A stretch of 64,000 bases of DNA. Source: Octopus sinensis. Taxonomy: Eukaryota. Under the pieces are notes generated by a model. It was given only the letters and a program-made list of their open reading frames with translations. It was not told the DNA's origin and searched no databases. Each line of letters begins with the position of its first letter. Positions within the stretch are counted from its first letter, which is position 1. The position numbers and the translations under genes are program-made. This document shows positions 1 to 13,599 of this stretch, piece after piece. The DNA lies in contig NC_043014.1 in NCBI RefSeq assembly GCF_006345805.1, positions 36,456,001-36,520,000 on the forward strand, in the 5' to 3' direction.

Positions 1-28
1 CCCTAGGTTAGGGGAAGTATAAAGAGAA

Positions 29-51
29 ATGACATTGTCTTACGTTGACAG
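29..51 (+). CDS. Ig-GPI gene copy 1, coding exon 1 (MTLSYVD-R; signal peptide n-region)
   Basis: ATG at 29, phase-2 donor AG|GTATAG at 52. The same exon in copy 2 joins in frame to the hydrophobic exon 2. Confidence 0.55.
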
Positions 52-2031
52 GTATAGTGTAGCGGAACTAAAATGGTATTGGAAAATGTGTAAAGTTTTT
101 GAAAATTTTGGTCAATCAATCCCAATGGAATCAAATTACAGATCAGCTAACTTTATAGTTGTAGTTGGCTTGAATGTAGGATTATATACAGCTTAGCATA
201 AGCCAAACGTTAATTTTAATGTTGATAAATTCTCAAATCGTCCCTGTTCAATTACAATCTTTATTATTGATAGTTTCGCATATAATATTTAGCTGGTCTG
301 CGTCGAATGCGGGTCATTATAAGGTAGCACTCGCTAGAGTGAGATATGTAGAAAAATTAGTTATATTCAAAGTAGTGAATCAGTTAACAGCCCTTCCTGC
401 AGGAACACTTGAATACTACAATTGGTAGACAAAGGTGTAGGTCTGGAGACGGAATAAATGAGGATATAATTAACAATAAACCTGATTGGTGAAACACGTA
501 TGTATATATATAGGACATGTGCCCTACTATGAGAACCTAACTATTCGAACCCGCTACCTTGACTATAAGTAATAGCAAGAGAGGGGAATGATGGAAATTG
601 AGGGATGTTAAGAAATTATAAGGAGCGAAAATGCTTAAGTAAACCGAACTCAACTTGCAGCCGTATGAAAACATTAGGTAGTTGGTTGTAAAGTGTAAGC
701 AGCAAAACACTGCACACAGTAGGGAAAAACAAGAAATAGTAAAATCGGTAAAGGATTACGTCTCGAGAAAAATGATATATCCAGTATTTACCCTTGATGT
801 ATCCCTCTGATTGCTTCCGCTTTCTTCGCTGCATTAGATAAACTCTTCAGTAAATCTATTAGATATCATAAAACATTTTATAGACATCGTTAATGTGTCT
901 TACGCAACTACCCTATTATAAAATATACCTCCAATGGAATAATAAAATCTTACTCAACAGGTCTTTTCTAATATTTATAATTGCAATGTAAATGACTCTA
1001 CAGGCTGCACATAGACCAGGAGTCGATGTATTGGTAGATAATGTGCGAGAGAATGGAAAGTATTTCATATGTGACACCAACACAACTACTCAAGATATAT
1101 CCGACGATCGACTCAGTAGTGGTAATAGTAATAATGTTAACAATTACAGTAATAGTCCTTTCTACAATGGTTTCAAGACCAAATCTTGTGGAAGGGGATA
1201 GTCGATTCTATCTAAGCCAGTTCTAAACTGGTTATTATCTTATCGACCCCGAAATGGTGAAAGACAAATTCGAGCTCGATGATATTTGAACTCAGAAGGT
1301 AAAAGACAAGAAATGTTGATAAACATTTGTTCCGTTGTTGTAACGATTGTGCCAACTCTTAGCATCGGCATTTATCGTGTTAATGATGGTAGGAACAGCA
1401 TAATATTAGTTCTAGTTATTATAATAAATGAAATTAAAATCATGAAGATAGTAGTAAAAATAGTGAAAATACTTGTGATGCTAATAGTAATGCCAGTTAT
1501 GACTAGAATAATGCAATAATTTGCAACTTTAGAATTACGATAAATATACAACACTGGTACTTCACCATCTCTCTCCTGCTCTCACTCTCTCTCTCTCTAT
1601 CTCTCTCTCTCTTTCTCTGTCTTGCAGTTTTGCTGTTTCCTACTCCTCTCTTTCTTCCTTCTTTCTCTCTCTCTCTCTCTCTTCTCTCCCTCGCTCTCTC
1701 TTGCCCTTTGCTGTTTTCCTTCTCTCTCTTTTTTCCTTTGTTCGTGTCCTCTGGCTTGATAGCCATATATCTCATCTACAGCAGCACACCTATTTCTGCT
1801 CTCATTCTTGGTCTCTTTCTCTCACTGGGTAGCCATGGAGCTTCTCTATAGCAATATCCTATTTCTACTACTCCTATTTCTTTGCAAGACAACTACCTTT
1901 AATCATCAGATATCGGGCCACCTCCTCCAATGGTCCATATATATATATATATGTGTGTGTGGTGTGTGGTGTGTGTGTGTACCGTTTGCGATCAGATATC
2001 GGGCCACCTCCTCCAATGGTTCCATATATAT

Positions 2032-2064
<33 letters not shown>

Positions 2065-2154
2065 TGTTCATTCTTCTTTCCTGAGCGTCCAATAATACTA
2101 TATTTGTTCCACATCCTCGCGTTGTTGTGTTTTTGTGCTTTTTTGTTTGGATTA

Positions 2155-2191
2155 ACTTTATATATATATATATATTATATACAAATAATAT

Positions 2192-2263
<72 letters not shown>
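2155..2263. repeat. (TA)n microsatellite, one of many (e.g. 7725-7801, 8065-8205, 13490-13650, 35300-35410, 39440-39570, 56545-56680)
   Basis: Direct reading; these tracts generate most spurious YI/HT/VC-repeat ORFs. Confidence 0.97.
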
Positions 2264-2267
<4 letters not shown>

Positions 2268-3680
2268 TAGAGGAATTTATCTCTTAATGTTTACATATGC
2301 GAATTATTCTGTAGCCATGATAAAACTCCGAGAAAAAAAAAACAGGGTTCAGAGTAACAATACAGAGAAAAAGGCATATGGGAGTATACAAAGTGTGTAA
2401 ACCACGTCTCTATTACGCACATACAATTATGCACGCGTACACAAACCCCCTATATGCGACATACCCGCACACGTCCATACACGCCAACACACACCATTAA
2501 GGAAAAAACTATACTCTATGAAACATTTAGAGAAAATTAGAGACTGTATGCGCATAAGATGGAAGATATTATCCATATAAATCAAATGGGGTGATTATAA
2601 TCGCCCCATTTGATTTATATGGATAATAACCTTACTAAATCTGGTACCTGTATATATATATTATATAATATAATTTATAATGATAAAATTAGGAGTATGG
2701 CTCCAAACTTATACAGGGAAAATTAGATTTTAGGATTAAATCAAATTTCACAGTATAAATATATAAATATGAATTAGAGATAAAACCACTATTAGGCAAC
2801 TCAAACAGTTTGAGTGCCTAATAGTGGTTTTATCTCTAATTCATATATATCTATATATGTAAATGTAAAAAAATACAAAACTGGGACAAGAACGTGAAAA
2901 CATTTAGAAGACGATTATGATAACGATAGTCACTGTGGTTGAACAATTAGCTTAACGTCCACTCCACTTCAATAGCGAAATTCTTCCCAAGCCTTCGAAC
3001 ATTCTTTCAATAACGTACCCTTCCCCACTCCACTTGTTCCCTACCTACTATCCTTAACCCTCTCTTCCTACTATCTATCTTTGACGTCAATTCTTCTAAC
3101 GATTTTTTAAAAATCACTCATTATCGTTTTGTTTACAATGTAGGCATTCATCGAAATTTTTGTTCGTCTTTTTGTCGAGAGAGGCTCCTTTCTATCCTGA
3201 TGAGAAGATTGCATAATGCACCTTTATTCATTTGGAATGAAACCATGATTGTCTTCAAACATATGTCGAGAGTAAAGGAATTTGCTAACATCTTCGTTCG
3301 ACTCCATTCTTCTTATTTATTCATTACAACACAAAAATTTCTGCACATGAACCCGGAGTTTCTACCGTTGAACAGGTCGCTTCAACCGTGTTTTGACGTG
3401 AATTTGCTACCCTGGTTTCGGTCAACGAATTTTTCCATGCTTACGATAAACATAGGATAATTCATTCACCTATTTAAATATATATATATATATATATATA
3501 AATATATATAAATTGTAGCCAACCTACCGACTACTTTAATATGCTTGTATATCCAACCAAATACAGTGCTGATCAGCAGGTAAATGACCTCTACGAAGCA
3601 ACAACTGTGAGTGGCAGAAATTTCAAAATTATGTTTGCAGGACCGAACGGTCAGTGGGTAAGGTGATGCTGGTTGACGGA

Positions 3681-4411
3681 TCAGGCTGGAGATAACTCTC
3701 GTTGTTGGCAAAGCAGTTGCCAGATTCAGCATCATTGACGTATGTAACATAATTCCTACAGATAAACCTGCTCGCTTACCGAATATATTTATGGTAGGAG
3801 GAATTGAGAACTTTCAAAGGATCCAGTGGAGTGGAACGCCAATCAACTAAGCAGAGTTATGAGATATTCTGTTGAAGAAACAGTGAGCTTGATGTTTAAT
3901 AAAAGATGTTTTATAAACACATTCTACCAGTATACGAAGTTTAAGTGTTTTGTTGCGTGGAACTTATTTAAAAAAAAACTGCCGTTCAAACCGAAAAGAT
4001 CCCGTACGTTTCATTTCCAATCCCTTCTGCTTCACCAGTAAGGTCAGGCTGGAGATAACTCTCGTTGTTGGCAAAGCAGTTGCCAGATTCAGCATCATTG
4101 ACGTATGTAACAATAATTCCTACAGATAAACTGCTCGCTTACCGAATATATTTATGGTAGGAGGAATTGAGAACTTTCAAAGGACCAGTGGAGTGGAACG
4201 CCAATCAACTAAGCAGAGTTATGAGATATTCTGTTGAAGAAAGAAAACAGTGAGCTTGATGTTTAATAAAAGATGTTTTATAAACACATTCTACCAGTAT
4301 ACGAAGTTTAAAAGTGTTTTGTTGCGTGGAAATTATTTTAAAAAAACTGCCGTTCAAACCGAAAAGTTCCCGTACCGTTTCATTTCCAATCCCTTCTGCT
4401 TCACCAGTAAG
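3681..4411. repeat. About 365-bp local tandem duplication private to copy 1
   Basis: tcaggctggagataactctcg...caccagtaag at 3681 and 4044; single-copy in copies 2/3. Confidence 0.9.
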
Positions 4412-5214
4412 TTACCTTGTGGTATGTGTAGCAGCAATCCAGACTGCTCGGGGAGTGGAGTAAATCCTTTTTTTTCTGAACTGCTTCGATGACCTTACAA
4501 TGAAGAAGGAGCTTTCGACAAGGTAGAAATCCTGATAAGCCTACCACTCCCCACGATTCCTTTTGGCATGAATCAACCGAGTCGGAAGAATGCTTAGGAA
4601 GCTGTTCAAGCAGCTAGGTCAGCAAGGTCAGCTAGGTCATCCAGTGTCCAGTGTAGCGTCATATTGAAAAATCAATTAGAAAAATACCAAACAAATGTAG
4701 TAAAAAAAAGAAAATGTCTTTGTTCTCTTTTTTTTCTCTCTCTCTCACTTTCTCTCCTCTTACACTCTTCCTCTATATCTTTGTCCCTTTCACTCCCTCC
4801 CTCTCACTTTTCCATGACGTTCTTCTTAATCTTTTACTGTAACTCCTTCTTGCCAATCTTCCTTCTTCTCTCCCTTCTTACTTTCATATCCTTATAACTT
4901 TCCCTCACTTTCCTCTCCGCGTCCTAAGTCGGCGTCTTTTTCTTAATCACAATACTTCTTTCACCCAATCTCTCACATACTTCGAAATTCTCTATCTTTC
5001 TTTCATCCTTGTATGTGTATATGGGTGAGTGTGTGTTTTTGCGTGCGCATGTGCATGGTTGCTGCTTGTGTACGTGTGTGTGTACTTAAGTTCCGTTTTA
5101 AGAATTTTACTTCCGGTTTTCTAGCGTTAGTGAATCTATATCTCTATCTATATCTCTTTATCCTCTTCTCTCTATTTATCTCAATCTCTCTATATTTCTC
5201 TATCTATATCTCAC

Positions 5215-5490
<276 letters not shown>

Positions 5491-5736
5491 AGTTTTACCT
5501 GCCTTCTCGAAGCAGAAAAGAGAAAGAGAGAAAAACAGACAGACAGAGTGAGGGAGAAAGAGAAAGATAGAGAGAGAAAAAGAAGAAACAGAAAGTTGAC
5601 TTGCGTTTTTTTCTCTCTAATTCTGTATGTTTGGCCATTTCGACTACGCGCATTTGTAAGAGATATCTTTTCGTAAATTTCTGCTTTCTGGAAGCCGACA
5701 ATCATTTCTCCTCCTGCCTTATACCTGTCGCACAAG

Positions 5737-5788
5737 ATCAACAATGTGTTAGTTATGATGTTACTGATGTCTTCTTACACTTCGGCTT
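5737..5788 (+). CDS. Ig-GPI gene copy 1, exon 2 (signal peptide core ...VMMLLMSSYTSA); one base short, frameshifted as assembled
   Basis: Pyrimidine tract plus AAG acceptor and phase-1 donor T|GTAAGT. It is 52 nt versus 53 nt in copies 2/3 (atgtgttagtt vs atgttgatagtt), giving TGT TAG in the exon-1 frame. Confidence 0.7.
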
Positions 5789-5886
5789 GTAAGTTAATAT
5801 TAAGAAACATAATATTTTTCGGTTACAACACTTGAATTCTTCTCTTAGATAACCTGCTTTCATCTTTGAACGACACAGTATACACA

Positions 5887-5942
<56 letters not shown>

Positions 5943-6009
5943 CACACGCACACACACACACACACACACACATTATCAACACACCGGCATACACTTTTCA
6001 ACACAAATA

Positions 6010-6243
6010 CCTATTTCTTTACTGCCCACAATGGGCTACACACAGAAAGGGGACAAACAAGGACAGACATAGGTATTAAGTCGATTACATCGACCCCAGT
6101 GCGAAATTGGTTCTTAATTTATCGACCCCGAAAGATGATAGGCAAAGTCGACCTCGGCGGAATTTGAACTCAGACCTTAACGCAGACGAAATACGGCTAA
6201 GCATTTCACCCGTCGTTTTAACGTTTCTGCCAGCTCGCCACGA
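6010..6243 (-). mobile_element. tRNA-derived SINE, family A (counterparts about 37890-38095 and 55005-55210)
   Basis: Reverse-strand head ggcgagctggcagaaacgtt...gagttcaaattccgccgaggtcgactttgcc with a B-box-like GTTCAAAT. Confidence 0.8.
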
Positions 6244-6674
6244 ATACCATAATACGAACAACACACACACACTGTTTAATTCAGTACACACACCACACAC
6301 CATCATGCACACTCACACCCACACAAACACATAATATCTGAACACAGAGAATATATAGATACACACGCAACACGCATTGACACGGATAACATTCGCTCAC
6401 AAAAATACACTATAGATGTGCACAATATTTGATTACAGATAAACACACACACACACACATACACACGTGCACACACCACCTGAATAAGCTCACATGAACG
6501 GCTACACGTGCAACACAACAGACACACGCGCACACAGACACGTTAGCTTCACACATATACACACGTCGTCCATATGCACACACACACACAGGGGAATACA
6601 CAAAACGCACATTTCTCCACACAACACATACGCTAGGTTAATTTTACACACAAACACACACACACAAACACACA

Positions 6675-6778
6675 CACATACATACATACATAGATACGTA
6701 CGTATGTACGTACGTACATACATACACACATACATACATACATACATACATACATACATACATACATACATACATACA

Positions 6779-6809
<31 letters not shown>

Positions 6810-6810
6810 C
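6675..6810. repeat. (TACA)n microsatellite; larger tracts at 24978-25084 and 31103-31565
   Basis: Direct reading. Confidence 0.95.
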
Positions 6811-6914
6811 TCGTTCTGTCTGTGTTTGTAAAAGTTTATAAAGACAGTATTTTTGAACTGATTTCCTCCAAACTGCGAACGTACATTACTTATGTTCCAG
6901 GGATGGCTTTAGAC

Positions 6915-7212
6915 CAGTGGTTTCCAACCAGGGTTCCGCGGAACCTTAGGGTTCCACCAGCACAGTCCAGGGGTTCCGCCAGAAGTTACAAAACTGCTAG
7001 GATCTTTTCATTTTGAAAGCCAGATTTTTCAGTTTTTTTCTAATGAACTAAATAACGCAAGAAGTTACAAAACTGCTAAAATCGGCTGTAATTTTTAATT
7101 CTCCTGTGCAGATATGTGTGCATAAGACTATTAAATTATGGCACAGGGGTTCCTCGAGCCAGTGCAATGTTTCCTTGGGGTTCCACTCCAGCAAAAAGTT
7201 TGAAAAGCACTG
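6915..7212. mobile_element. hAT-family MITE with 8-bp TSD (copy 1)
   Basis: CAGTGGTTTCCAACC...AAAAGCACTG termini flanked by CTTTAGAC at 6907-6914 and 7213-7220. Confidence 0.85.
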
Positions 7213-7730
7213 CTTTAGACTCTTAAAATTTCTCACATAGTCAGTAACGTGCCCCTTGGGAGCAGAAAAATACATACATCTGTACGCACACTCTCACACC
7301 AACCAGTATATGGAATGCATGTCACTTCACATAATGTACACACTGACACACAGAAGTCCACATAATTTTCAGCTAACCCACTCACACACTAGCATCCATT
7401 CTCATAAACTCATTCACGGACACCGTCCTCCCAAACACACATGCGCTTGTGCACCTAAGCTCCTTGGATATTACCGTTATCGTCATGATTATTATCTCAC
7501 TTTCATTCAACCTCTATTTTCCGGTCATCTCGCCATGTTGGACAATTTTTCCCTGCACTTCCGTTTCTTTCCCAATTTTCTTTATTCTTTCAGTTTTCAT
7601 CATTCTCTCTCCGTTTTGTTTCCTCTTATCCTTCTGTCGAAAAGCATAGGCTCGAGACTTAAAAGACTTTTGCTTTCATCCCGAGCGTTAAAATAATACA
7701 CCTGCTGTCTTCGTCTTCTGTATATTTATA

Positions 7731-7773
<43 letters not shown>

Positions 7774-8080
7774 ATATATATTTATGATATATATATATAT
7801 ATGAAATTAGCCAGTGTTTTTCAAACGATGAGTAGCTTTGCGTAAACCATGTATCGTTTGTTCTCTTACTTTGTTATCATCTTATAATCATCTCATAATA
7901 ATGACTTTTATGACTCGTATTACTACCTCAGTCAATCTAAATGTATATATTTGTCGTTACCTGTCATAAATAGCCTTCTTCTATTTGCAATGTGCATTTT
8001 CGTAGATTTTCATATTTTACCTTTACATTTCCACGTGTATTTTATCTTTCTTTTTATAAAATATTTTCTACTATATATAG

Positions 8081-8195
<115 letters not shown>

Positions 8196-8666
8196 TATAT
8201 ATAAATATAAAGTTCAGCAAATTTAGATCCAGATGATATGGTACTTAAGTTAAAGGCACCAGAATTTGGTATGGTATTATCCATATAAATCAAATGGGGT
8301 GATTATAATCAAATAAGCAACAAGCATATCCAAGGTAGTGTAGTACAATCGTTTCATGCTACTTCATTTTATTTACACTGTAAGAATTACGTCAGTGTTA
8401 AATGTCGAGCAATCATCAGCAATATATAGAAGTTATATTAAATTAAATGGACGATGTACATATTTACTTATTTCATTTTGCCAACATTACAAAGAGGGTT
8501 ATATATTATAGACAGAGAGGTTAATTTCATCATTAAGAACGTGGTGATAGTTTGTCCTTCTCCATTGGTAGATTTCTTATCACTGTGTTCACTTTGCTAT
8601 TTAGATCTATCGGTGGGGAGGGGGTTTCTTATCTTGGTTCAATGGAGACAAACAAGAATATTCTAT

Positions 8667-8819
8667 TATAGATAGAGGAAGGGGTAGTACAAATGTCAAA
8701 AACCATAAATCCATCCTTATATGAAGATTTAATTCTTAAGCATTTTGAATGTATTTTAGCAAACGTTTGTAGGTGAAGTGTATGGTTTTGACATTTTACT
8801 ACCCTTTCCTCTATCTATA
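8667..8819. mobile_element. About 150-bp MITE with about 40-bp terminal inverted repeats (counterparts near 40360-40520 and 57472-57627)
   Basis: tatagatagaggaaggggtagtacaaatgtcaaaaccata versus tatggttttgacattttactaccctttcctctatctata; TA at both ends. Confidence 0.75.
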
Positions 8820-9769
8820 AATGTTAACATTTAACATTATTGATCGAGGTTACCGGGGTATTTTCCGAAGGCTTTTCCTTCCACGGATAAACCCTATTTA
8901 CTTTCCCCCTTACACTTTACATCATGACATTACTGTGATACACGATCCCTATTGATCGTTATTTTTCTTTCTTTCCCTTTTACGATCTCTTTTGATCGAA
9001 AAGCTACCCCCATTTTTTTCTTTTCCCCCCATAAAGAACAGCGAGTAGTTGGAATTTTGGGAGCAGGCGTTTGGGATGCAGGAGCTTGGCAAGTTGGAGT
9101 TAGCGGCACGGAGAGAGATATATACAGAGGAATAGGCGGCTGTTAGAGAGGAACTACAATATGGGACACTGGCTATTCAATTTGGAATTAAGGTATTTAA
9201 TTGTATTGATACGTGCTACGATGTAAAAGAAAAAAAAGAAAGAAGAGAGAAAAAAAGGACTCTGATGTAGTCGTTAAAGACATTGAACTGTATATGACTT
9301 GTTGATGTGTTTTGAAATAGAACTGTGTTTTCGGACGTATACCTTTGAAATTCTGATGTATTGACCTTGTTGTGTCGTTACCGGACGGTTATATTGTTAC
9401 TTGCATGTTTAAATGCTTTGATCTGTTGTATACCTGTATTGATTTGTTGTTTCCTTTAAATGCTTTGATCTGTGGTATACCCGTATGATGTATTGAGTTG
9501 TCACGTGCATGTCCTCCTTTAAATGTATCTGAAACGTATTTGATGTAACAATTGATTGTCATATAAACTAGTTGTGTAAATGTAAGCCAGTGGTGCCTTG
9601 CCTCTTTGTGTCTCTCTCGGTTGCTCTGTATCTCTCTGTGCTGCTGCTGCTGTTGTTGCTGTCTCTCCTCTCTCCTCTTTGTGTTCCGTGGCGAACTTGC
9701 CCGTTCGGGCGAGCGACGGCGGGTTGTGATTCCGTAACAATATATATATATCTTCATCGTTTGTCTTTT

Positions 9770-10040
9770 ACTTACTTCAGTCATTAGACTGCAGTCATGC
9801 TGGGCACCGTCTTGAGATTTTAATCGATTGAATAGACCCCATTATTATAATTTAAGGCCTGGTAACTATTCTATCGTCTCTTTTGTCAACCCCCTCTAAG
9901 TTACGGAGACGTCGTAAACACCTCACCAGTTGTCAAGTGGTGATGGGGAGACAAACACAGACATATACACATAGATATATATATATATATACATATATAC
10001 ATAGACATATACATATATATACATATATATGCGACAGGCA
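9770..10040 (-). mobile_element. SINE family B, diverged partial copy (counterparts about 43865-44160 and 60980-61280)
   Basis: ttcagtcattagactgcagtcatgctgg...gacaaacacag body. Confidence 0.7.
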
Positions 10041-10249
10041 TATATTTAACAAATATAATATTGATGTCACAGTTCTATATTTAAGAGATGAGGAATTATG
10101 TACATTATTTACAATATTTACATTTGATGGATATTTGTCCTCATTTTGTTTGTTGTTAACACAACGTTTCGGCTGATATACCCTCCGGCCTTCATAAGGT
10201 TTCAAATTTCCCCAAGACACCTGATGATGGCTGGAGGGTATATCAGCCC

Positions 10250-10680
10250 GTAGGAGTGGCTATGTGGTATGTATCTTGCTTACGAACAACATGGTTCCGG
10301 GTTCAGTCCCACTGCGTGGCAACTTGGGCAAGTGTCTTCTACTATAACCTCGGGCCGACCAAAGCCTTGTGAGCGGATTTGGTAGACTGAAACTGAAAGA
10401 AGCCCATCGTATATATATATATATATATATATACATATATATATAGGTATGTGTGTGTGTATGTTTGTGTGTGTGTATGTTTGTGTGTCTGTGTTTGTCC
10501 CCAACATCGCTTGACAACCGATGCTGGAGTGTTTACGCCCCCGTAACTTAGCGGTTCGGCAAAAGAAACCAATAGAATAAGTACTAGGCTTACAAAGAAT
10601 AATTCCTGGGGTCGATTTGCTCGACTAAAAGCGGTGCTCCAGCATGGCCACAATCAAATGACTGAAAGAAGTACAAGAGT
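10250..10680 (+). mobile_element. tRNA-derived SINE, family B, full length (copy 1 only)
   Basis: ggagtggctatgtggt...ggttccgggttcagtcccactgcgtggc head, central (TA)/(TG) tract, ...ccagcatggccacaatcaaatgactgaaa tail. Confidence 0.85.
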
Positions 10681-11301
10681 AACAAACAAGATGAGGACAA
10701 ATATCCGTCAAATGTAAAGAATGTAAATAATGTACATATTGTTGTGTTTGCGAACCGCTTCCACACAATCTCAGTCTACCAAATTCCCTCACACGGCGAT
10801 AAAAGGAGACAATTGCTGAAGATGTCGCGCAGTGGGACTGAACTCACAAAGGTATGGTTGCAAAGTTTAACCACGCAGCTATGTTTGCGCGTACGTTAGA
10901 CAATTATTGTTTTTCTTCTCCATACAACCTGATACAAAAAAAAAATTCTCCAAAACTATGTACCTAAGCACCCTCACACACACAAACACACACACACACA
11001 CCACACACAAACACACACACAGACACACAAATGCAAACACACACACAGACACACACACACACACATACAAATACAAACACACACACAGACACAGACACAC
11101 AAACACACACACACACACACACACAAACACACACGTGCAATGTCGAAGGTCAAATCATGTATGTGTTTGTATGTGTTTGTATGTGTTTGTATGTGTTTGT
11201 ATGTGTGAGTGTGTGTGTTTGTGAGAAAGAGAGAGAGAGAGAGAGAGGAGAGAAGAAAGAGAGAAGGAAGAGAGAAAGGGACAAAGAAGAGAGAGAGAGA
11301 T

Positions 11302-11334
<33 letters not shown>

Positions 11335-11797
11335 AATTGTAGAGACAGAGAGGTACAAGGAGGTATATTTTAAAGCCATTTACTGACTTTCTACTTTTCC
11401 ATTCTAATATTTCCAGGAAGAATCCTTGAGTCTTTTTAGGAAAGTTATCTGTGAATATCTCTGAGAGTTTTTTTGTTTTTTTTCTGTTTTTTTTAACTTC
11501 ATCTATTTTATCTGCTAACTTTATCTTCCTACACTATCAACAGATTCCACTATTGCACTCCAAATCAATATTTTATATCTTACTTTTTGCTCTCTTTTTA
11601 TTATTTCTCACCAACCCTCTTTCTCTTCGTCTCTCATCACTCCCCCTCTCGTTCTCCCTCGGTGCCTCTCACTCACACTACCACTCACTTTTTCTCTTAC
11701 GCTTATAGCCACTTCCTTATTCTTTTCAACCTGTTCGTATCAATCAGTTTTGTTTTCTTTTGTTTTTGTTTTTGTTTTATTTATACCATTCAAAACT

Positions 11798-12079
11798 TCA
11801 TTTCTTCCACCCTCTTGACAATATTCCATAAATCGTCTTCAAAGGCCTCCAAATTGCAGTTTGGTGGGGGAAATTTCTTCGTCTGAAAGTTCTTTTAAAA
11901 ACTTCAGTATCTTTTTTATGTGGGTTATTTTCTTTTATAAAATCCTTTTCATGGTAAAAAGCCACCCAACGGATTCTATGAATGAATTCAAAAGTCTTAT
12001 TAATCAGATCCTTCATGAAATCCTTTCTAGGTGGAATAGGAAAGTCTTTTAAAGATAAGTGAATCGGTAATTTCTCCAT
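11798..12079 (-). mobile_element. Penelope-like element ORF N-terminal fragment (copy 1 only)
   Basis: LSLKDFPIPPRKDFMKDLINKTFEFIHRIRWVAFY resembles the SLKNIPIP...RMRWKAFF N-terminus of invertebrate Penelope-like ORFs (recognised from memory). Confidence 0.6.
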
Positions 12080-13219
12080 TGAGACCAGCGAAAATATGTA
12101 TTAATATTACTTAAATAATATACAAATATATTATTATAAATCAAACTAAGAAAAAGAACCATTTCAATCAATATATAATAAACATTGATTTATGATGCTA
12201 TTCTCCTCTGATAAACCAAGTAAATTTGTGTTACTTTCTTATTTACTAAAACTAAAGTTTATATTAATACGAATAAATAAATTAGAACAATTATTATATA
12301 TAATTATATATAATTTTGAACAATTTTGCATATATGAATGTTTCTTGTAGACCCTATAAAATTTAGCATATATCATCATATGTTCTTTCGAACTTGTATA
12401 TACACATAAAAACTTATGTGTACACTACGGTAGTAGTTGAATAATATTCTTAACGTAGCTTTTTGTTGCAGTTGGCGTCTTCCAAGTAGTCTCACTAATT
12501 CACTTTTAATCCAAATCAAATTTAGTTTTTAAAATTATGTTTGACTAGTGATAAGCTACATTTAGACATAAAATACTTAAAATCTGGTGCAGTAGAACAA
12601 AAGAGAAAAAGTGTATAGACGAAACTGGTTGATTGACGGGTAATAAAGCCCGACATCGGCATTTTGAATCCACACCATTCTTTTAATTTTGAACAAGAAT
12701 TATTATATTGATATTAATATGAAAGGAAATGTTAAAGGAATATATTGGTAAAGGTTTCGTAAAATGTTATCCATTAGAAAAAGGTTATTAATTTTAATTC
12801 AGAAATTTGTATCAATTTTTGCGCGATATTAAAGGGACTAGACATGTATGAACTAAACTATTTCTTAGTTGCACACACAACAAAAGATAAACGACAACAC
12901 AAATCAATACAAAATGTTCTATTTATTTTCTTTAGTATAAATTACTTTTTATAAATAAATGAATTTTTTGCTTAACTTTTTGTAGTGTGGCTTTTTAAAG
13001 TCCATTTTTGAATAATTTACTTTAACAACAAGATTATTTGATAAAAATATTCAAATATTTTTTATATTTTGTCTCTATGAGCAGTATTCTATCATGTTGT
13101 AGGGCTGTTCAGAAAAGGCAAATGACAAAAATTCTAATATTTTAAGACACTTGCTTCCCAGCTGTATGGCTGGGAAGCAAGCGTCTTACAGTGACTCCTA
13201 GAGAGAGAGCAAGAGAGAG

Positions 13220-13256
<37 letters not shown>

Positions 13257-13488
13257 GAGAGAGAGAGAGAAAGAGAGTGAGTGAGGCAGAAATATTTCGA
13301 TAAATAAATGCATAGATATGCATGCATATATACTAATGTATAGATGTATCAACCAATATATCTATATATATAAATTTGTCTCTCTCTTTCTATATATGAT
13401 ATACATGTATGTATGTATGAATGTATGCATATATATATATTTACGGGGACACACACGGACTTACACATACACACACACACATATATAC

Positions 13489-13541
<53 letters not shown>

Positions 13542-13553
13542 TATACATATAAA

Positions 13554-13599
<46 letters not shown>

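Noticed and set aside
1-480. Minus-strand frame with several TGA codons, hinting at a mitochondrial-code ORF or NUMT
   Set aside because: TAA and TAG stops are also present, the TGA count is not clearly beyond chance for this composition, and no mitochondrial protein is recognisable.
840-1201. Ig-F-strand-like VDNVRENGKYFICDT (also 32845-33078)
   Set aside because: The upstream frame has several stops, Cys spacing does not fit Ig1, there is no clean acceptor/donor pair, and it lies in intron 1.
3466-3750. Minus-strand ORF recurring in copies (35294-35650)
   Set aside because: No recognisable domain, runs into (TA)n, and is broken in copy 3; probably an old repeat.
6130-6243. tRNA-like A/B-box sequences (also 10250-10320 and 24140-24251)
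   Set aside because: SINE heads continuing into SINE bodies; no complete cloverleaf seen.
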